Shown one piece after another: positions 60,973 through 64,000 of a stretch of 64,000 bases of DNA. The translations under genes were made by a program, and so were the position numbers. Positions within the stretch are counted from its first letter, which is position 1. The number at the start of each line of letters is the position of its first letter. Source of the DNA: Podarcis bocagei (Eukaryota); the NCBI GenBank assembly GCA_964188305.1, contig OZ076893.1. One strand, 5' to 3'. The notes under the pieces are model-generated. The model made no database searches. It saw nothing but the letters and a program-made list of their open reading frames with translations, and was not told the DNA's origin.

Positions 60973-62974
60973 ACAACAACAACATAATTGTATACCACCC
61001 ATCATCTGAAGATTCCAGAGCAGTTCACACCTGCTTTACCATTAATAGTTATAACAATCCCAATGCAGCCTAGATTGCTGTTCCTAAATGGCTAAGAGCA
61101 GCATGGGGACAGTGATTTGGGCTACATTGAGGTCATGGGTGGGAGGACGGCAAAGCATCCCCTCCTCAGTGATCCTGATGTAGCCAAAATCAATTGGCTG
61201 ATCAGCTGGAAGGGGTTGCATGAAGACCATATGTCTGAGTGCAGTATCAACCAAAAGCAATGAATCTGCACTTGTTTAGAAATATTTTTAATAGGGTACA
61301 GTAGCTCAGGTATTTAAAAAGTCCTGTATGGATACATATGCAAGCAGCTCCATGTGCAGCCCATATTTTGACCATATGTGTATGGTTTTGTGCTCTCCAG
61401 AAGCTATTCTAGTACCCCTCAAATTTCAGAAATGGGTTTAGGGTCATCTGATGCCTTTCAGATGATCTGGAGGGCATGTAGGTGGTCTATGCACAATCCC
61501 TGTATATCAATAACTGTCTGACTAGCCATTACAAAGAATGTTGCTGGTGGCACAACCCCACATTTTGGACAATCAAAGTTGCAATATATAAACTTAACTG
61601 AATCTCTGCACAATAGTCAGGACTTTGTAAGATTGGGGTATATCTCATCATCTAGGTTCATTTCAAGGGTCTATTTGTGACCAGTGTAAGTTGGTCAGAA
61701 ATGTTTCCAGTGCCATTAAAAGTGTCATCTGGATTCTGCCACTTCCAACATATACATGGCATAGTTAAGATCCTTGCTGCATATCTAACAGACAAGTTTG
61801 AACCTGCCTTCTCTTCATTCCATGACTCAGCATTACCTAGATGATTACCATTTAAGTTAAGCAGGTTTGTTTGGGCATTAATCAAAATTCTCAGTTGTAG
61901 TAGAATGCAACTTAAGGGTTTCAAACAGAAAACTTACGAATTTCACATTTCTGTAGTGTCCTCAGGTGAACTAGACTGGTAATGTATTTATTTGCAAGAA
62001 TTCCATTGGTTCAACAGAATGGTCCAAATACTCAGAAGTGTATTATTTAGGTTTATGGAGGCTTGCTAGTGCATGAAGAACTGGAAGTGCCGCTCTTGAA
62101 ACATGCTTAAGTGTTCCAGGCTATTATATTATTACTCTGCAACCCTCCCCACCTCCTCACACTCAAGGACTCACAAGGTAACAGCATATCTTCTAGAAAC
62201 AGGCAGTTTAGTAACCTTTTCTACTCTGTAGAAGCCTCTCATTTAAGCAAAGCAGTATGCAGAAGATATTGTTCACAGTTGAGCAAATGTTGCACATCAG
62301 GATCTGTGATGAAGATATATTAAGGGGATGTTGTAGGAGAATTAGGAACATAGGTAGTTGCCTTATATCTAGATCCTTCTAGACAATAGTGAGCTAGTGG
62401 CTCACCAAGATTTCAGATAGGAGTATCCCAGCCCTACGTGAAGAAGTCAAAGAGTCACCTTCAGAATTTTGCATAGAAATTGTGTACTATATCCACTGAG
62501 GTACAGTCCTTCCATTTTTGGTCCCTTCTTCCCACCCCACCTCTCTTGCTTAACTGCATCCTCACTAATCAATTGCAGCATTATAATGAGTTTTTAAGAT
62601 TTCCAATATTCCACCACTCTAATCACTTGCAACCATGGGTGCAACCAGAGGGGCAAGCTGTAAATAAATAAAAATACTTAACTAACTGACCAATCACATC
62701 ACAGATAGCTCAGTTCTCCCCCCCCCCCTATAAATCCTGGCTTCACCCATGCTGACAACTATCATAGAACAGGGCACATAGTGACTCCAATTTTGCCTTC
62801 TTATGCAATTCCTTATGAAGGAAGGTTTGGGCAATCATTGTGACTTCTGGTAGGTGATTAGTTTCCAGTTATTCAGTCTTTGACTCAAACAGCAAAAGCA
62901 GATCAGCACATAGGAGTATAGCAGCAAATCAAAGGGCACTTGGACCACCAGGATTGTACCTATAAACACTAGAG

Positions 62975-63110
62975 CAGCCTTTCCCAACCCTGGTTTCCCA
63001 GATGATGTTGGATTACCACTTCCATCATCCATAGCAAGCAAGGGCAACAGTCAGGGATGATGGGAGTGGTAGTCCAACAACATCTGGGAACCCAAGATTG
63101 AGAAAGTCTG
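62975..63110. mobile_element. Palindromic hAT-like MITE (family C-like)
   Basis: cagcctttcccaacc / gattgagaaagtctg ends; TSD cactagag / cactaggg. Confidence 0.82.
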
Positions 63111-63143
63111 CACTAGGGACTAGGGGAAGGGGAACCACTAAAG

Positions 63144-63498
63144 CAGGGGCAGCCAACTTGGTGCTCTCTACAGACTGTTGGACTAGAACTCCCATCAGCC
63201 CCTGCCAACATGGGCAGTACAGTGATACCTCTGGTTACGAACTTAATTCGTTCTGGAGGTCCATTCTTAACCTGAAACCGTTCTTAACCTGAGGTACCAC
63301 TTTAGCTAATGGGGCCTCCCACTGCCGCCGCACGATTTCTGTCCTCATCCTGAGGTAAAGTTCTTAACCTGAGGTACTACTTCTGGGTTAGCGGAGTCTG
63401 TAACTCAAAGTGTTTGTAACCCAAGCTACCACTGTAGCTAGGAATTATAGAAGCTGCAGCCTAAAAACATTTGCAGGGCACCATATTGGCTACCCTTG
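63144..63498. mobile_element. hAT-like MITE interrupted by a mariner MITE family A copy at 63220-63434
   Basis: Host ends caggggcagccaa / ttggctacccttg with TSD-like cactaaag / ctttaaag; insert ta|cagtgatacctc..taccactg|ta. Confidence 0.85.
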
Positions 63499-64000
63499 CT
63501 TTAAAGTATGCAAATTATATAATACAATGGACCTACCTATCATTTGGTAAGCTCTTTGGGAGACATGTCAATGTTTGAATGTGTTTGCATTGTGATCTTT
63601 CAGATCAGTGAGAGAGCTCCTATACATTGTTCTAGTAGATGGCATTGACTACTTTATCTTTAAATCTTGATAGTTCAGGGTTTCTGCATAATCAAGATCA
63701 TGCTGGTGCTGCAGTCACCACACTCCTAGAAAAAGGTTCAAAGTTTTGTTTTTAATCAAGTGATAAAAATATCCCATTGCATGTCAATCCTTGTATCCTC
63801 AAGGACTGAAAAAAGGAAATAGTATGAGGTTAGAAGTCTGGAGTTTTTTTATTTTAGAAAAGGACACATTGCCACTGTCATGCTATCCTTTCCTTTTCAA
63901 CTAGAACTAATGCTTTGATTTTAGCATGCTTGTTTTAGCTGAGACACTGACTTTTACTAATATCATGTGGCCGGATCTAAGTATCATGGGGGGGGGGGTG

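Noticed and set aside
60218-64000. ORP1L promoter or exon 1
   Set aside because: No CpG island or convincing first exon seen; probably lies beyond the window end

Overview
Vertebrate genomic DNA, most likely from a squamate (lizard): it carries Sauria SINEs, Bov-B LINE fragments, L2/CR1-type tails and many small TIR elements. The window holds the complete coding region of OSBPL1A (ORP1L, oxysterol-binding protein-related protein 1) on the minus strand. There are 27 GT-AG coding exons from the ATG at 60217 to the TAA at 630-632, totalling 2859 nt (952 aa): ankyrin repeats, PH domain, coiled coil, FFAT and ORD. The presumed non-coding first exon was not identified and probably lies beyond 64000. 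A CpG island at about 35.0-35.7 kb looks like the internal ORP1S promoter, and the conserved internal Met at 25747 gives a 437-aa ORD protein. I found no convincing new multi-gene system, and almost all other track ORFs are chance or repeat-derived. The best leads concern isoform architecture: a GATA-clustered candidate first exon (MVNKR, giving a 421-aa ORD-only isoform), a candidate alternative terminal exon resembling the real one, poison-like cassette exons, a Q-for-E FFAT variant, and inverted SINE/MITE pairs that could drive circRNA or editing. There are also clear transposon micro-histories. Exon numbering and human comparisons come from my recollection of the human gene, not from a database search.
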